Assembly: GCA_965227775.1 (NCBI GenBank)
Contig: OZ245777.1
Location: forward strand, 1,344,001-1,408,000
Length of the DNA: 64,000 nt
Source of the DNA: Phycisphaerales bacterium
Lineage (GTDB): Bacteria > Planctomycetota > Phycisphaerae > Phycisphaerales > UBA1924
Direction: 5' to 3'
Position 1 is the stretch's first letter. Each line of letters opens with the position of its first letter. A program made the position numbers and the translations under genes. The notes below the pieces were generated by a model. The model was not told where the DNA came from, searched no databases, and saw nothing but the letters and a program-made list of their open reading frames with translations. Below, piece after piece: positions 1 through 14,102 of this stretch.

Positions 1-572
1 CCTCGTTCGTGGGCGCTTCGGTCGGCGCGGGCGCGATCGCATCCTCGCCCTTGCGCGCAATCAACGGGTCGGCTCGATCGAACACGCCGATCTTGCGGAC
101 TTGCTCGAGGCTTCCCTGCCACGTCAGCCGACCAGCGAGCGTGGCGTCGACAACGATCTCGTTTGGCCCTGCGGGGGCGCGACCAGCGACGATCCGGATG
201 GGTCGCAGCCGAGCTTCGGCCTGCGGATCGATGCCGATGCCCATGGCATTGACGCGGAAGTTCGTCTGACGGCGGTAGTATCGACCCTCGGCATCGTCCT
301 CACGCGGTGTGTAGACCTCGCGGGTGATCTGGAGCGCTAAGTCTCGCGACAACCGCGGGGCGGCGGCTTCGACTTCGGGCCACGCGCGGACGACATCGAG
401 CGCGCTGGCGGGCATCATCCCGCCACGACCGGTTGGCTCGAGGCGGAGCTGCGCGGCTCCGAAGGTCGCGTCCATGCGCGCGCCGACGGCGTTGTTCGCC
501 GACGACAGCGCGCACGCAACCGCGGCGATGAGGGCGGCCGAGAGCGCGACCGCCGAAGTGAGCAGCGCGGTC

Positions 573-1310
<738 letters not shown>

Positions 1311-1341
1311 GCTACTTGTTGGGCCGCCGGCCGGGTGGCTT

Positions 1342-1722
1342 TCATGCGCCGCCGCTGTCGGCGTAGGCCGACGCGTCCATCAGTTCATCGAGCTGGCTCG
1401 CGTCGCCGGCCTTCACCTTCACCAGCCATCCCTTGCCGTAGCAGTCCTCGTTGATCAGGCCCGGGTTATCGCCAAGGGCGTCGTTGACCTCGACGATCTC
1501 ACCATCGACGTGGCAGTAGATGTCGCTTGTGGTCTTGACCGACTCGACCTCGCCCACGGCGTCGCCCTTGCCCAGGCTCGTGCCCGCCGGCTTCATCTCG
1601 ACGAAGGTCACGTCGGTGAGCTGGTCAACGGCGAACTGGGTGATGCCGATGACCACCGTGTCGCCCTCGAGCATGTGCCATTCGTGGGAGTCGCTGTAGC
1701 GGCGGTCGTCGGGTGCGGCCAT
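1342..1722 (-). CDS. gcvH: Glycine cleavage system H protein (lipoyl carrier)
   Basis: YSDSHEW, GITQFAVDQLTDV, VESVKTTSDIY (lipoyl Lys), INEDCYGKGWL. Start re-assigned to ATG at 1722. Confidence 0.95.
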   Translation of the reverse strand: MAAPDDRRYSDSHEWHMLEGDTVVIGITQFAVDQLTDVTFVEMKPAGTSLGKGDAVGEVESVKTTSDIYCHVDGEIVEVNDALGDNPGLINEDCYGKGWLVKVKAGDASQLDELMDASAYADSGGA

Positions 1723-1884
1723 GATGGAAGAGTCCTCGTGCAGGGCGTGCGGAAGAACTGAAACGGCGAAGGCGCTTGTGCGAGCGATCCGCCAGGACGC
1801 CAATGCTATAGGCTGCCGCTTGCGAAGCCACCCCTGGGCCGCTGACCGAGGGATGCCCGCCCATCGGGCGACTACAGTGCCCCG

Positions 1885-3024
1885 ATGCTGCTCGCCCTCG
1901 CCGCCCGCTCCTTGCGCCCGATGCTCGCCGGCAAGGACGCAAGCCTGCCACTGACCGATTTGCCCCGCTTCGCCCACGAGCAGCTGGGGCTGCATGGGCT
2001 CATGCTGTCTGCAGACCTCCTCGCCGGCCGCACCAGGGATGACCTGTCCCGGCTGCGCGATGCGGCCGACCGGGCCCGCTGCTCGTGCCTCGTGCTGCTC
2101 GAGGAAGATCCCCAGAAGCTCGCCGCCGTTGATGCGAGCGCCGCGGCCGAGCGCATCCGCCGGGTCATGGCCGCCGCAAGCCTGCTGGGCTGCAACGCCG
2201 CGAGCGTGGCAATCGACGCGCCGGACACGCCCGAGGCGCTCGAGACCGTGGCCGAGCGGTTCAAGGTGCTGATGGCCGAGGCCGAGCAGCGAGAGCTGAA
2301 CCTGCTCATCATGCCGAGTTCGAACATGAAGCCCGGGCTGACCTCGTCGCCCGACCGCCTGACCGAGCTGCTCAAGAAGATCGGCGGCTTCCGCGTAGGC
2401 ACCATGCCCGATTTTGCCCATGCCGCCGAGGCCGAAGACCCGCCGGCTTACCTGCGGAAGGTGACGCCCTACGCCTCGGCCGTGCTCGGCTCGACGCTCG
2501 GGTTCAAGATCATCGAGGGCGAGGCCGACGACGAGCGGGCGATCGTTGAACACCAGGGCTACGACCTGGCCGCCGCAGTCGAGGCCATCGCTGCGGTGGG
2601 CTACGACGGCGCCGTGGGCCTCGACTACCACGGCGAGGGCGACCTCAGGATGGGCCTGCGTCGCAGCCGAGAGGGCTTCTCGCTGGCGATGGAAGGCAAG
2701 GGCGGCCCCTTCAGTCTTGTGCACGACGAGGAAGAGTTCGACGACGAGATGGACGCCGCCGCGGCCGCGCTACTCGACGCCATCTTGAGCGATGACGCCG
2801 GGGACGAGGACGACGACGACGAGGACGATGGCCCGGACGACGCGGCTTCGGACGACTCCGACGATCGTGAGGCAGACGGCAACGCCGAAGACGATGGGGG
2901 CGACGACGAGCCCGCCGTAACAGAGACCACAAAGAAGTCGGTCAAGAAGACCGCGAAAAAGCCTGCCAAGAAGACCTCGAAGAAGACCGCCAAGCAGGCC
3001 GACGAAGACGGAGACGAGGCGTGA
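1885..3024 (+). CDS. Xylose-isomerase-like TIM-barrel protein with acidic and Lys-rich C-terminal tail
   Basis: AASLLGC, GFRVGTMPDF and VGYDGAVGLDYHG resemble sugar-phosphate isomerase/epimerase barrels. Low-complexity tail after about residue 275. Confidence 0.65.
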   Translation: MLLALAARSLRPMLAGKDASLPLTDLPRFAHEQLGLHGLMLSADLLAGRTRDDLSRLRDAADRARCSCLVLLEEDPQKLAAVDASAAAERIRRVMAAASLLGCNAASVAIDAPDTPEALETVAERFKVLMAEAEQRELNLLIMPSSNMKPGLTSSPDRLTELLKKIGGFRVGTMPDFAHAAEAEDPPAYLRKVTPYASAVLGSTLGFKIIEGEADDERAIVEHQGYDLAAAVEAIAAVGYDGAVGLDYHGEGDLRMGLRRSREGFSLAMEGKGGPFSLVHDEEEFDDEMDAAAAALLDAILSDDAGDEDDDDEDDGPDDAASDDSDDREADGNAEDDGGDDEPAVTETTKKSVKKTAKKPAKKTSKKTAKQADEDGDEA

Positions 3025-3869
3025 GCCGCCAGGGGGATACGCTCCGGTCGGCGGCCGTCGCGGTCGAGGTCGCCCCGGACGCGCGGGAGCGGCCCGGAGA
3101 CCCAGGCGATCGGCGGCCCTCGGCCAAGCGAGCCAGCGTGATCCCCCACGACGTGGACATCATCGTCACCATCGACGGGCCCGCGGGTACGGGCAAGAGC
3201 ACTGTTGCCCAGGCGCTGGCCGAGCGATTGGGACTGGACCTGCTCGATACCGGTGCCATGTACCGCGCGGCGGCCGCCATCGCCATCGATCGCGGCATGA
3301 TCGACGCAATCAGCTCCGGTGATTCCGAGACGATCGCCCGGTTCGTCGATGTCATCGCCGAGGCCGACCTGCACTTCGACTGGTCGACGGACCCCCCGGC
3401 CATCATGGCCTGGATCACCGAGCACAAACAGTTCGAGCCGCTCAACGATCGCATCCGCACGCCCGACGTAACCAAGGCCGTGTCGATCGTCGCGGGCATT
3501 GCCGAGCTGCGCCGCCACATGGTGCGCAAGCAGCGGCTCATCGGCCAGCAGCACCCGAGACTGGTTACCGAGGGCCGCGACCAGGGTTCGGTGGTCTTCC
3601 CAGACGCGCTCGTGAAGTTCTTCCTCGACGCCGACCTCAGGGTGCGGGCGGAGCGACGGGCCGACCAGCTACGCGAGGCTGGGTATCCCGTCGAGGCCGA
3701 GGAACTAATGAAGGACCTCGCGCGGCGTGACGAGCTCGACCGCAGCCGCGAGGAGGGCCCGCTGATCTGCCCCGAGGACGCGACCACCGTCGACACCACG
3801 AGCCTGAGCTTCGACGGTGTCGTTGATCGCCTCGAGCGCGAAGTGCTCGACCGCGTGGGCGTCGCATAG
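3021..3869 (+). CDS. cmk: Cytidylate kinase
   Basis: IVTIDGPAGTGKSTVA, LDTGAMYRA, VTEGRDQGSVVFPDA, RRDELDRSR. GTGA overlap with the upstream stop; the true start could be later (about 3138). Confidence 0.93.
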   Translation: MSRQGDTLRSAAVAVEVAPDARERPGDPGDRRPSAKRASVIPHDVDIIVTIDGPAGTGKSTVAQALAERLGLDLLDTGAMYRAAAAIAIDRGMIDAISSGDSETIARFVDVIAEADLHFDWSTDPPAIMAWITEHKQFEPLNDRIRTPDVTKAVSIVAGIAELRRHMVRKQRLIGQQHPRLVTEGRDQGSVVFPDALVKFFLDADLRVRAERRADQLREAGYPVEAEELMKDLARRDELDRSREEGPLICPEDATTVDTTSLSFDGVVDRLEREVLDRVGVA

Positions 3870-3881
3870 CCGGACTGGCCA

Positions 3882-4598
3882 GTGAGCGAGCCCGACGCAC
3901 ACGCAACGCCGCAGAAGACGCTGGCCTACCGCATTGGCCAGCCGATTACTCGTGCGTGGTTCCGCGGCTTCCACGGTGTGCGCTGGATGCACCCCGAGCG
4001 CGTGCCGGACGACGGGCCGCTGCTCGTCGTCGCCAATCACCAGAGCTACTACGACCCGCCGTTGATCGGTGGCGGCATCACGAGTCGCCCGCTCGATTAC
4101 CTCGCGAGAGCGGGACTGTTCAAGAACCCGCTGTTCGGGCGCTTCATCAGCGCCTTCAACGCGTTCCCGATCAAGGAAGACACCGGCGATCGGGCGGCGC
4201 TCAACACGGTGATCGATCGCCTGCATGCGGGAGGTGCGGTACTGCTGTTCCCTGAGGGCAGGCGCAGCCGCGATGGCCATGTCATGCCCCTGAAGCGCGG
4301 CATGGCGCTCATCCTGCGCAAGGCCCGCTGCCCCCTACTGCCGGTCGCCATCGACGGCGTGTTCGATGTGTTCCCGCCCGGCCAGAGCCGGCCGAGCCTG
4401 TTCAAGGGCCCCATCGGCGTGCACTATGGCGAGCCCATCATGCCCGACGACCTGCCCCGCCACGCCGAGCCGCTGCTCACGATGCTGCACGACCGCATCG
4501 AGGCGCAACGCCTCGAACTCCGGCTCGAGTTGCTCCGGCAGAGCGACGGCAAATTCCCGACGCCGCTGACGCCGAAGACGCTGCGGGCGGTGGAGTAG
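3882..4598 (+). CDS. 1-acyl-sn-glycerol-3-phosphate acyltransferase (PlsC family)
   Basis: NHQSYYDP (HX4D) and FPEGRRS motifs; follows cmk. Confidence 0.9.
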   Translation: MSEPDAHATPQKTLAYRIGQPITRAWFRGFHGVRWMHPERVPDDGPLLVVANHQSYYDPPLIGGGITSRPLDYLARAGLFKNPLFGRFISAFNAFPIKEDTGDRAALNTVIDRLHAGGAVLLFPEGRRSRDGHVMPLKRGMALILRKARCPLLPVAIDGVFDVFPPGQSRPSLFKGPIGVHYGEPIMPDDLPRHAEPLLTMLHDRIEAQRLELRLELLRQSDGKFPTPLTPKTLRAVE

Positions 4599-4607
4599 GA
4601 CGCTCGA

Positions 4608-5933
4608 TCAATCGTGCCGGAGCGCAACGATCGGGTCTTGCTTGGCCGCCTTGCGGGCCGGGTAGAGACCGAAGATCAGGCCCGTCAGCACGGCCACCGT
4701 CATCGCGACGAACACCGACCACCAGGCGAGCTGCGTCGGCAGGCTCGCGTCGGAGGGGATGAACCGGCCCAGCACCGGCATGCTCGGCAGCAGTGGCACG
4801 GCCCAGCCCAGCAAGAGGCTGAGGCCCACGCCGATCGCCACGCCGATGAGCCCGCCGATGAGGCTCAGCACGCTCGTCTCGACGAGGAACTGCCAGACGA
4901 TGTGCTTACGGGTCGCACCCAAGGCGCGACGGATGCCGATCTCACGCGTGCGCTCGGTGACGGTGGCGAGCATGATGTTCATGATGCCGATGCCGCCAAC
5001 GAGCAGGCTGATGCCCGCGATGGCCATGAGCATGAGCGTGCCGCGGAGCGCGGCGCGTTCGGCGTTCTCGAGCAGCTCGAAGGGCACGACCATGGTCACG
5101 TCGGTCATGCCATCGCGGCGCGTCTCGAGCACACGCTCCAGTCGCTGGGCGAGGCCAACGACCTGGCTGCGCTCAGGGACCGTCAGGTACAGCTCGCTCA
5201 CGTGCACCTCGGCTGCGTTGAACGAGCCGCTCGTGCGGCGGAAGACCGTGTCCCCGAAGACGTATCGTGCTGTTTCGAGCGGCACGTGGACGTCCGAATT
5301 CAGGTCTCGACCGACGAGCGCCGAGCCGGCTCCGCCGGCCAGGCCGACAAGATCAAGCACGCCGACGATGCGCAGCGCCTTGTCGTCGATGCGGATAGTG
5401 CTGCCCAATGGGTCTTCGAGCGGGAAGAACTGGCGGGCGACCTCGTTGCCGATGACGCACACCATTGCACGCTCGACGTTGTCGCCATCGGTGAGGTATC
5501 GCCCCCTCGTCACGCTTAGGTTCGCGACCTCGGCCAGCAGCGGATCGACGCCGTAGGCCTGGCTCGTCTGCTTCTTCGGGCCTCGGACAAGCTCTGAGCC
5601 GACCTCTTTGAGTGCCACGATGCGAGCATCGTCCGAGAAGTTCTCGTTGATGATTCGCAGATCGTTCCACGTGATGCCGTAATTGACCACGAACGACCGC
5701 TCCTGGCCCTGCTGCTGGGTCTCGGGCGGCCGCTGACTGCGGACGATGATGTTGCGGGCACCCAGCTGCTCGATCTGCCGTAGGGCTTCCTGCTTGCTGC
5801 CTTCGCCGATGGACACCATACAGATCACGGCCGCGACGCCCAGGATGATGCCCAGGGCCGTGAGGAAGCTGCGCAGCTTGTGCAGCCGGAGGTTGGCGAT
5901 GCCCAGTCGGATGGTTTCGAGCAGGAATGTCAC
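4608..5933 (-). CDS. ABC transporter permease (MacB/FtsX family)
   Basis: RSFLTALGIILGVAAV, GGIGIMNIMLATVTERTREIGIRRALGA, PARKAAKQDPIVALR. Confidence 0.93.
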   Translation of the reverse strand: MTFLLETIRLGIANLRLHKLRSFLTALGIILGVAAVICMVSIGEGSKQEALRQIEQLGARNIIVRSQRPPETQQQGQERSFVVNYGITWNDLRIINENFSDDARIVALKEVGSELVRGPKKQTSQAYGVDPLLAEVANLSVTRGRYLTDGDNVERAMVCVIGNEVARQFFPLEDPLGSTIRIDDKALRIVGVLDLVGLAGGAGSALVGRDLNSDVHVPLETARYVFGDTVFRRTSGSFNAAEVHVSELYLTVPERSQVVGLAQRLERVLETRRDGMTDVTMVVPFELLENAERAALRGTLMLMAIAGISLLVGGIGIMNIMLATVTERTREIGIRRALGATRKHIVWQFLVETSVLSLIGGLIGVAIGVGLSLLLGWAVPLLPSMPVLGRFIPSDASLPTQLAWWSVFVAMTVAVLTGLIFGLYPARKAAKQDPIVALRHD

Positions 5934-6070
5934 GCGGAATCACCCGATAGTGGCAAGTGGACCCAACGGCTTCTGCCAGACGAATAGGCAATAGCCAAGA
6001 GCAGAGATGGTAGTGGCCTTCTCATCCGTCAAGGACTGAGGATGCAGAATCAAGAGGGATACCGAGCAAC

Positions 6071-6403
6071 GTGCCGCAGGCTGCGAGATCAATCGACATC
6101 GGAACCGAGACCGCGACCGATCGCGGCTGGCTCTACGAGGTCACGCTCACGGGCCGAGCTGGCACGACGACGCACGCCATCAGCCTGAGCTGGCACGACC
6201 ACGACTACTGGTGCGGTGGTGCGCTGGCCCCTAGCCGACTGCTGGAGCGGCTGCTGAGCTTACTGACGCGGCAGCTCGGCAAGGGCGATACCCCCGGCTC
6301 GCTGCCCGCACGCTTCGACTGCGCCACGGCTCGCCGATGGCTGCCGGAGATCGACGATTTGCTCCGAGAGGGGCCGATGGGTAGTGGTGAAACCCCGGCC
6401 TGA
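6071..6403 (+). CDS. Small hypothetical protein
   Basis: 110-aa ORF filling the gap, with protein-like composition and GAGG upstream. Its stop abuts the uvrA stop. Confidence 0.65.
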   Translation: MPQAARSIDIGTETATDRGWLYEVTLTGRAGTTTHAISLSWHDHDYWCGGALAPSRLLERLLSLLTRQLGKGDTPGSLPARFDCATARRWLPEIDDLLREGPMGSGETPA

Positions 6404-9529
<3,126 letters not shown>

Positions 9530-9669
9530 CTCGTTCTCGTGTCCGCCTGCCGCGTCTCGGCGGGCCGGACTCGGACGATAGCGCGCCCGAACACCGAGCG
9601 AACACCGGAAATCTGGCCCGGGCGGGTCATCCTGCAGCCACGTACATTTCGCGTTGACCGGAGGACCGC

Positions 9670-10635
9670 ATGCGAGCCACGCCGACGATGCTGCTCACCC
9701 TCGCCTCGTTCGTGCTGGCCGGCTGCTCAAGCCAGCCAGCGGGCCAAGCCGTCGACCCGGTCGCCCCCGAGCCAACCGAACTGAAGCCGGTCGCCGCCCC
9801 GACGCAGCCCTTTTTCGCCGAGCTGCCCAGGTGGCGGCCGATCTACCAGGGCATCGAGTTTGCCGAGTTGGCTAACGACAAGCCGCGCCCGCTCGTCGTA
9901 TCAGCTTTGCGGATTGACACGGGGGTCGAGGGCCTCGAGCTTTTCACAACCCCCGGCAACGGCGAGGCAAAGCTCGAGACCAACGGGCAAACGACCAGAG
10001 CCTTCCTTGAAGAGCATGATCTCGACGTTGCGATCAACACCCACTTCTTCAGCCCCTGCTGCAACATCATCCCTGGAGAACCGAAGGACCTGACCGGCCT
10101 CTCGATCGCGCAGGGCGAGCATGTCAGTCCAGCGTCAATGAGGAGCCAGCGAGACATCTTCATCTTCGAGGCCGGCGTGCACGAGTCCGGAAGCCTGGGC
10201 GCCGTGATGCTCACATCGAGCCAGATGGACCAACTCCAGGGATTCACGCCCACGCACGCGATCGCGGGCCGGACGATCCTCGATCACGGCAGAGTCGTGG
10301 AGGGTGGCGACAACTTCTCAACCACCCTCCACCCACGCACGCTCGTTGGCCTGAGCAAGGACCACGGCTCGCTCTACTTGGTCACCATCGACGGGCGCCA
10401 GCCCGGCTACAGCACCGGTGCGTCGCTGGCCGAGGCGGCGGCGATCATGTTCCATCTCGGCGCCTCGATGGCGCTCAATGTCGATGGTGGTGGCTCGACC
10501 ACCATGATCATCCGCGACGCCGACGGTGCCAGCCAGGTCGCCAATAGCCCCAGCAGCGGATTCGAGCGTGTCGTGGGCTCGAATCTGGGATTCCGAGCCA
10601 AGAGTCTGCAACCAGACGCTGCGCCGACACGTTAA
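9670..10635 (+). CDS. Lipoprotein, phosphodiester glycosidase (NAGPA/DUF2233) family
   Basis: Lipobox LAGC; HPRTLVG, IDGRQPGYSTG and ALNVDGGGSTT motifs; GGAGG SD. Confidence 0.88.
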   Translation: MRATPTMLLTLASFVLAGCSSQPAGQAVDPVAPEPTELKPVAAPTQPFFAELPRWRPIYQGIEFAELANDKPRPLVVSALRIDTGVEGLELFTTPGNGEAKLETNGQTTRAFLEEHDLDVAINTHFFSPCCNIIPGEPKDLTGLSIAQGEHVSPASMRSQRDIFIFEAGVHESGSLGAVMLTSSQMDQLQGFTPTHAIAGRTILDHGRVVEGGDNFSTTLHPRTLVGLSKDHGSLYLVTIDGRQPGYSTGASLAEAAAIMFHLGASMALNVDGGGSTTMIIRDADGASQVANSPSSGFERVVGSNLGFRAKSLQPDAAPTR

Positions 10636-10668
10636 GAATCAAGAGCCACACTCGTGAAGGGTCGAGCC

Positions 10669-12177
10669 ATGACGCGTTCCCGCTTCCACCTGATGCTGAC
10701 GATCATCGCGTGTGTGACCGCCGGCTTGTGGGCCCAAGAAGACGAGCGTCTACCGCCCGGGCTGCAGGCCACCGTCGATGCGCGCAACATCGCGATGGCC
10801 GTCATCGTCTATGCCGACAGCAACGGAACACTGCCGAGTGACATGAGAGCGCTCGCCGACGGACGATTCCTGCCCAGCCCAGGCTCCCTGAACGACGATG
10901 CTTCAGCGTGGGTCGCCCATGGCACCCCCTTCGAGTACATCGGGGTCGAGGGTGTTTCACCAAGCGAGGTTCCCGACTGGGCCGACATCGTGGTCGCGCA
11001 CGCGTCGCTGGACAAGCCTTTCATTGGTGAGCCCCATCCAGACAATCCCCATGGCACCTGGGTCGCGGTCGCGTTTCTCGATGGACACGCCGAGTCCGTA
11101 TCGGTCGAAGAGGCGCGATGGCTCATCGATGAGTCCAGGCGCACGATGGAGGCCATCCGCGACGGCGCGCCCCTGCCGATGTACCGGCAGGTCGAGCAGG
11201 ACGCAGCCAGGCTTGCCCAGGCGATGCGCTCGTACGCCGAGCGAAACGAGGGCATCGCCCCGCCCGACTGGGCATCAACGTTCGCGTTCCTTCAGTCGAA
11301 CGATCGGGATGCGCAAGAGGCCAACCTGCTCAAGATCTACCTCTCGCCCCGGGCTCGCGACACCACGTTCATCCCGCAGTTCGAACACGACGAAGAACGC
11401 CACGATTGGATCAACGCGAACAGCATGTGGGAGAGCCATGCCCACGGGGCGAACCTGTGGAACGTGCCAAACCCGATGTTCACGGCGCTGCTCTCGGCCA
11501 GGAGTGATGCCTGGGTGCAATCCCCCGACCGACGCCTACGCGAGCACGTGCGCCGCCTCGCGTTCGCGATGGTCGACTCGCGCAGCGGTCTGGTCGATCG
11601 CGAGGTCATCGAGGCTCGTGCGCGGCACGCCGAGGCGCTGTTCGATGCCATGCGGGAGGACGCGCCACTGCCTCCGCTCGACGACGCGATGCACGATCTC
11701 AAGGTCCTCAGCCTTGCCATTGCCGCGTACGCGAGGGACAACGACGGCTACCTACCCGGAGACCTCGGGGAACTCGTGCCACACCTCGAACAGCTCTGGG
11801 GCGTGCACGCGCGCGAGCCCGCTCGCGTGTTCCTCGTGCGCGATGATGAGTTGCCCGCGCTTACGGCAGCCAAGCCCGATGCCGACTGGGTGCGAGCTCA
11901 TTGCTCATATGTGTACCTCGGCGACCCAACCGTCCGTCTCTCGGATCTTCGTGGCACGCCGGCCAGCATCCTGCTCCATTCGCCACTCGACAGGCCGTTC
12001 GTGATCGAGAGCCCACTTGAGAACGACAAGCGAGTCCCATTTGCAGGGCCTCCGGTGGGCGTCACGCTCAATCCGGGCGAGGGATCATCGCCGCCGATAT
12101 TCATCTTCCCCCCGGCATTCCTCGAAGAGCAGGCCAAGGCTTCGCGCGAGGCCATCGGCGCGCTCGTACAGAAGTAA
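10669..12177 (+). CDS. Secreted hypothetical protein with three internal pilin-like repeats and an H-X9-DG-like motif
   Basis: N-terminal signal-like segment; three copies of (L/I)AxA(V/M/I)xxYAxxNxG; VAFLDGH motif. Confidence 0.75.
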   Translation: MTRSRFHLMLTIIACVTAGLWAQEDERLPPGLQATVDARNIAMAVIVYADSNGTLPSDMRALADGRFLPSPGSLNDDASAWVAHGTPFEYIGVEGVSPSEVPDWADIVVAHASLDKPFIGEPHPDNPHGTWVAVAFLDGHAESVSVEEARWLIDESRRTMEAIRDGAPLPMYRQVEQDAARLAQAMRSYAERNEGIAPPDWASTFAFLQSNDRDAQEANLLKIYLSPRARDTTFIPQFEHDEERHDWINANSMWESHAHGANLWNVPNPMFTALLSARSDAWVQSPDRRLREHVRRLAFAMVDSRSGLVDREVIEARARHAEALFDAMREDAPLPPLDDAMHDLKVLSLAIAAYARDNDGYLPGDLGELVPHLEQLWGVHAREPARVFLVRDDELPALTAAKPDADWVRAHCSYVYLGDPTVRLSDLRGTPASILLHSPLDRPFVIESPLENDKRVPFAGPPVGVTLNPGEGSSPPIFIFPPAFLEEQAKASREAIGALVQK

Positions 12178-12310
12178 CTCGACCGCATTACCGGGCCGCA
12201 AACGCGACGCGACAACGAAACAGGTTCCGGTGGGAGGCGTATACATCCCCATTCCGCGCTGCGGCCTGCCCGGCTTCGGTGCTTCGTTCACAGGACTGGG
12301 GAGGTCCACC

Positions 12311-13441
12311 ATGCCACGCCGCACCGTTCTCGCGGGCATCGCCTGCGCTGTTGTTGCTTCAGCCGCTGCCACGGCCGCAGCACAGGAGTTCCAGCCCTTC
12401 GCCGATTACTTCCGGCAGGATCACACCCGCTGCCTGACGCCCGACGCGCGTCTGCTGCCGGGTATCGACAACCCGAGTGACTGCTCGCTCTCGAGCACGA
12501 ACCCCGACTCGGCGTACGACCCGAGCAACGGCGTATATCGCATTCCCGTGGTCGTGCACGTCATCCAGCGGACCGACGGCACCGGCGCCCTGAGTGACGC
12601 CCGCGTGACCTCGCAGATCGACATCCTCAACGAGGACTTCCGCGCGATCGCCGGCACGCTGGGGGCGCCTGGCACCGACGTGGGCATCGAGTTCTACCTC
12701 GCGACAGAAGACCCCGACGGCAACCCGACCACCGGCATCACGCGCACCACCAACAACACCTGGTTCAGCGACCGCGGTCGGTACTGGGAAACGCTCGCGT
12801 GGGACACCAACCGCTACATGAACGTCTACACCAACAACGCCTCCGGTGCGCTCGGCTACGTGCCGAACCTGCCCCAGGGCGGCATTGTCGGCCTGCCCGA
12901 GGATCGCGTCGTTGTACTGCACTCCGCATTCGGCCGCGGCGCGCCGCTGGTGCCGTTCAACCTGGGCCGCACGCTGACCCACGAGGTCGGCCACTACCTC
13001 GGCCTCTATCACACGTTCGACGGCAGCTGCGGATCGGTGAGCGCCTGCGATCGCACGGGCGATCTCATCTGCGACACCAACGGCCAGAGCAGCCCGACGT
13101 TCGGCTGCCCTGGCTCTCGCAGCAGCTGCGGCCTGCCCTCGCCCTTCGACAACTACATGGATTACTCCGATGACCGCTGCATGAACAAGTTCACGCCCAT
13201 CCAGGCCCGCCGCATGCGGTGCACGCTCGAGAATTACCGCCCGGACGTGTACTCTGCTGCGTCTGCCGGGTGCTCGCCGGCCGACCTGGCCGAGCCATTC
13301 GGCGAGCTCAACGTGTTCGACTTCCTCGCGTTCCAGAACCTGTTCAGCACCGGCGATCTCGAGGCCGACTTCGACGGCGATGGCGAGCTGACCATCTTCG
13401 ACTTCCTCGAGTTCCAGTCTCAGTTCGCCGGCGGCTGCTGA
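12311..13441 (+). CDS. Secreted M43 (pappalysin/ulilysin-like) zinc metalloprotease with C-terminal GC-type dockerin
   Basis: IPVVVHVI, HEVGHYLGLYHTF, NYMDYSDD Met-turn; signal peptide; tail ADFDGDGELTIFDFLEFQSQFAGGC. GGAGG SD before ATG 12311. Confidence 0.92.
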   Translation: MPRRTVLAGIACAVVASAAATAAAQEFQPFADYFRQDHTRCLTPDARLLPGIDNPSDCSLSSTNPDSAYDPSNGVYRIPVVVHVIQRTDGTGALSDARVTSQIDILNEDFRAIAGTLGAPGTDVGIEFYLATEDPDGNPTTGITRTTNNTWFSDRGRYWETLAWDTNRYMNVYTNNASGALGYVPNLPQGGIVGLPEDRVVVLHSAFGRGAPLVPFNLGRTLTHEVGHYLGLYHTFDGSCGSVSACDRTGDLICDTNGQSSPTFGCPGSRSSCGLPSPFDNYMDYSDDRCMNKFTPIQARRMRCTLENYRPDVYSAASAGCSPADLAEPFGELNVFDFLAFQNLFSTGDLEADFDGDGELTIFDFLEFQSQFAGGC

Positions 13442-13454
13442 CGCGTCCGAAGAC

Positions 13455-14102
13455 TCAAGGAGTGCTTCGCCCTCTGGCCGGTTCGTCCCCATCGGGTCGG
13501 ACCGGTCTTGTCATTTCGATAGCCTGATCGAGCCTGGCGGCGATGATCGCCGTCAGCGGCGCATCGAGCGTTGCTGTCAAACCAAGATCGATGCGCGCCG
13601 TGCCCAGTGGGTCGACCACGCCCGGCGTCGAGCGCGTCAGACGCATCGTGCCGTTGCTGAGCACGCCCGCGAGCACGTCGGCCCCAGGGCGGGCATTGGG
13701 TCGCAGCAGGCCCGAGCCGCCATACACCGCGAGGGTGCCGTCGTTGATGACCAGGTGTTGGATCACTGTGTTGCCCGCCGAACTCGAAAGCGGTGTCTTG
13801 CCCGCCACGGGCACGGCGAACATTCGGACCCGCGTGATCTGGCCGCGCACGCCCTCAAAGCCCCGGGCGGGGTCGAGGTCTTCGATCACGAGGTCCGTTG
13901 CCAGGATTTCTGCGTGCGTGTCGCCCGTGCTCCGATAGGCCACCATGGTCGGCCGATGCGAGAGGGCCGCGGCGCCACGATCATTGCGGATGCTCTCAAT
14001 GCGAACGCGATCCGGTCCCACGCCGCAGGCCGCGAGCAGCACGCACGCCGAGACACCCAGAATGCCGGCGACTCGGGTGATGTAGGGTGTGTTCGGTCCC
14101 AT
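13455..14102 (-). CDS. Hypothetical lipoprotein
   Basis: Start re-assigned to ATG 14102 (AAGGA SD upstream); lipobox LAAC after a hydrophobic stretch. Confidence 0.7.
   Translation of the reverse strand: MGPNTPYITRVAGILGVSACVLLAACGVGPDRVRIESIRNDRGAAALSHRPTMVAYRSTGDTHAEILATDLVIEDLDPARGFEGVRGQITRVRMFAVPVAGKTPLSSSAGNTVIQHLVINDGTLAVYGGSGLLRPNARPGADVLAGVLSNGTMRLTRSTPGVVDPLGTARIDLGLTATLDAPLTAIIAARLDQAIEMTRPVRPDGDEPARGRSTP

Noticed and set aside
1342..2724. 460-aa extended gcvH ORF in the track
   Set aside because: The extension is antisense to the TIM-barrel gene; homology begins at the ATG at 1722.
6000..6070. SAM-I riboswitch-like words (ATCAAGAG...GCAAC) and a small hairpin
   Set aside because: Spacing is far too short and the P2-P4 elements are absent; the downstream gene has no evident link to methionine metabolism.
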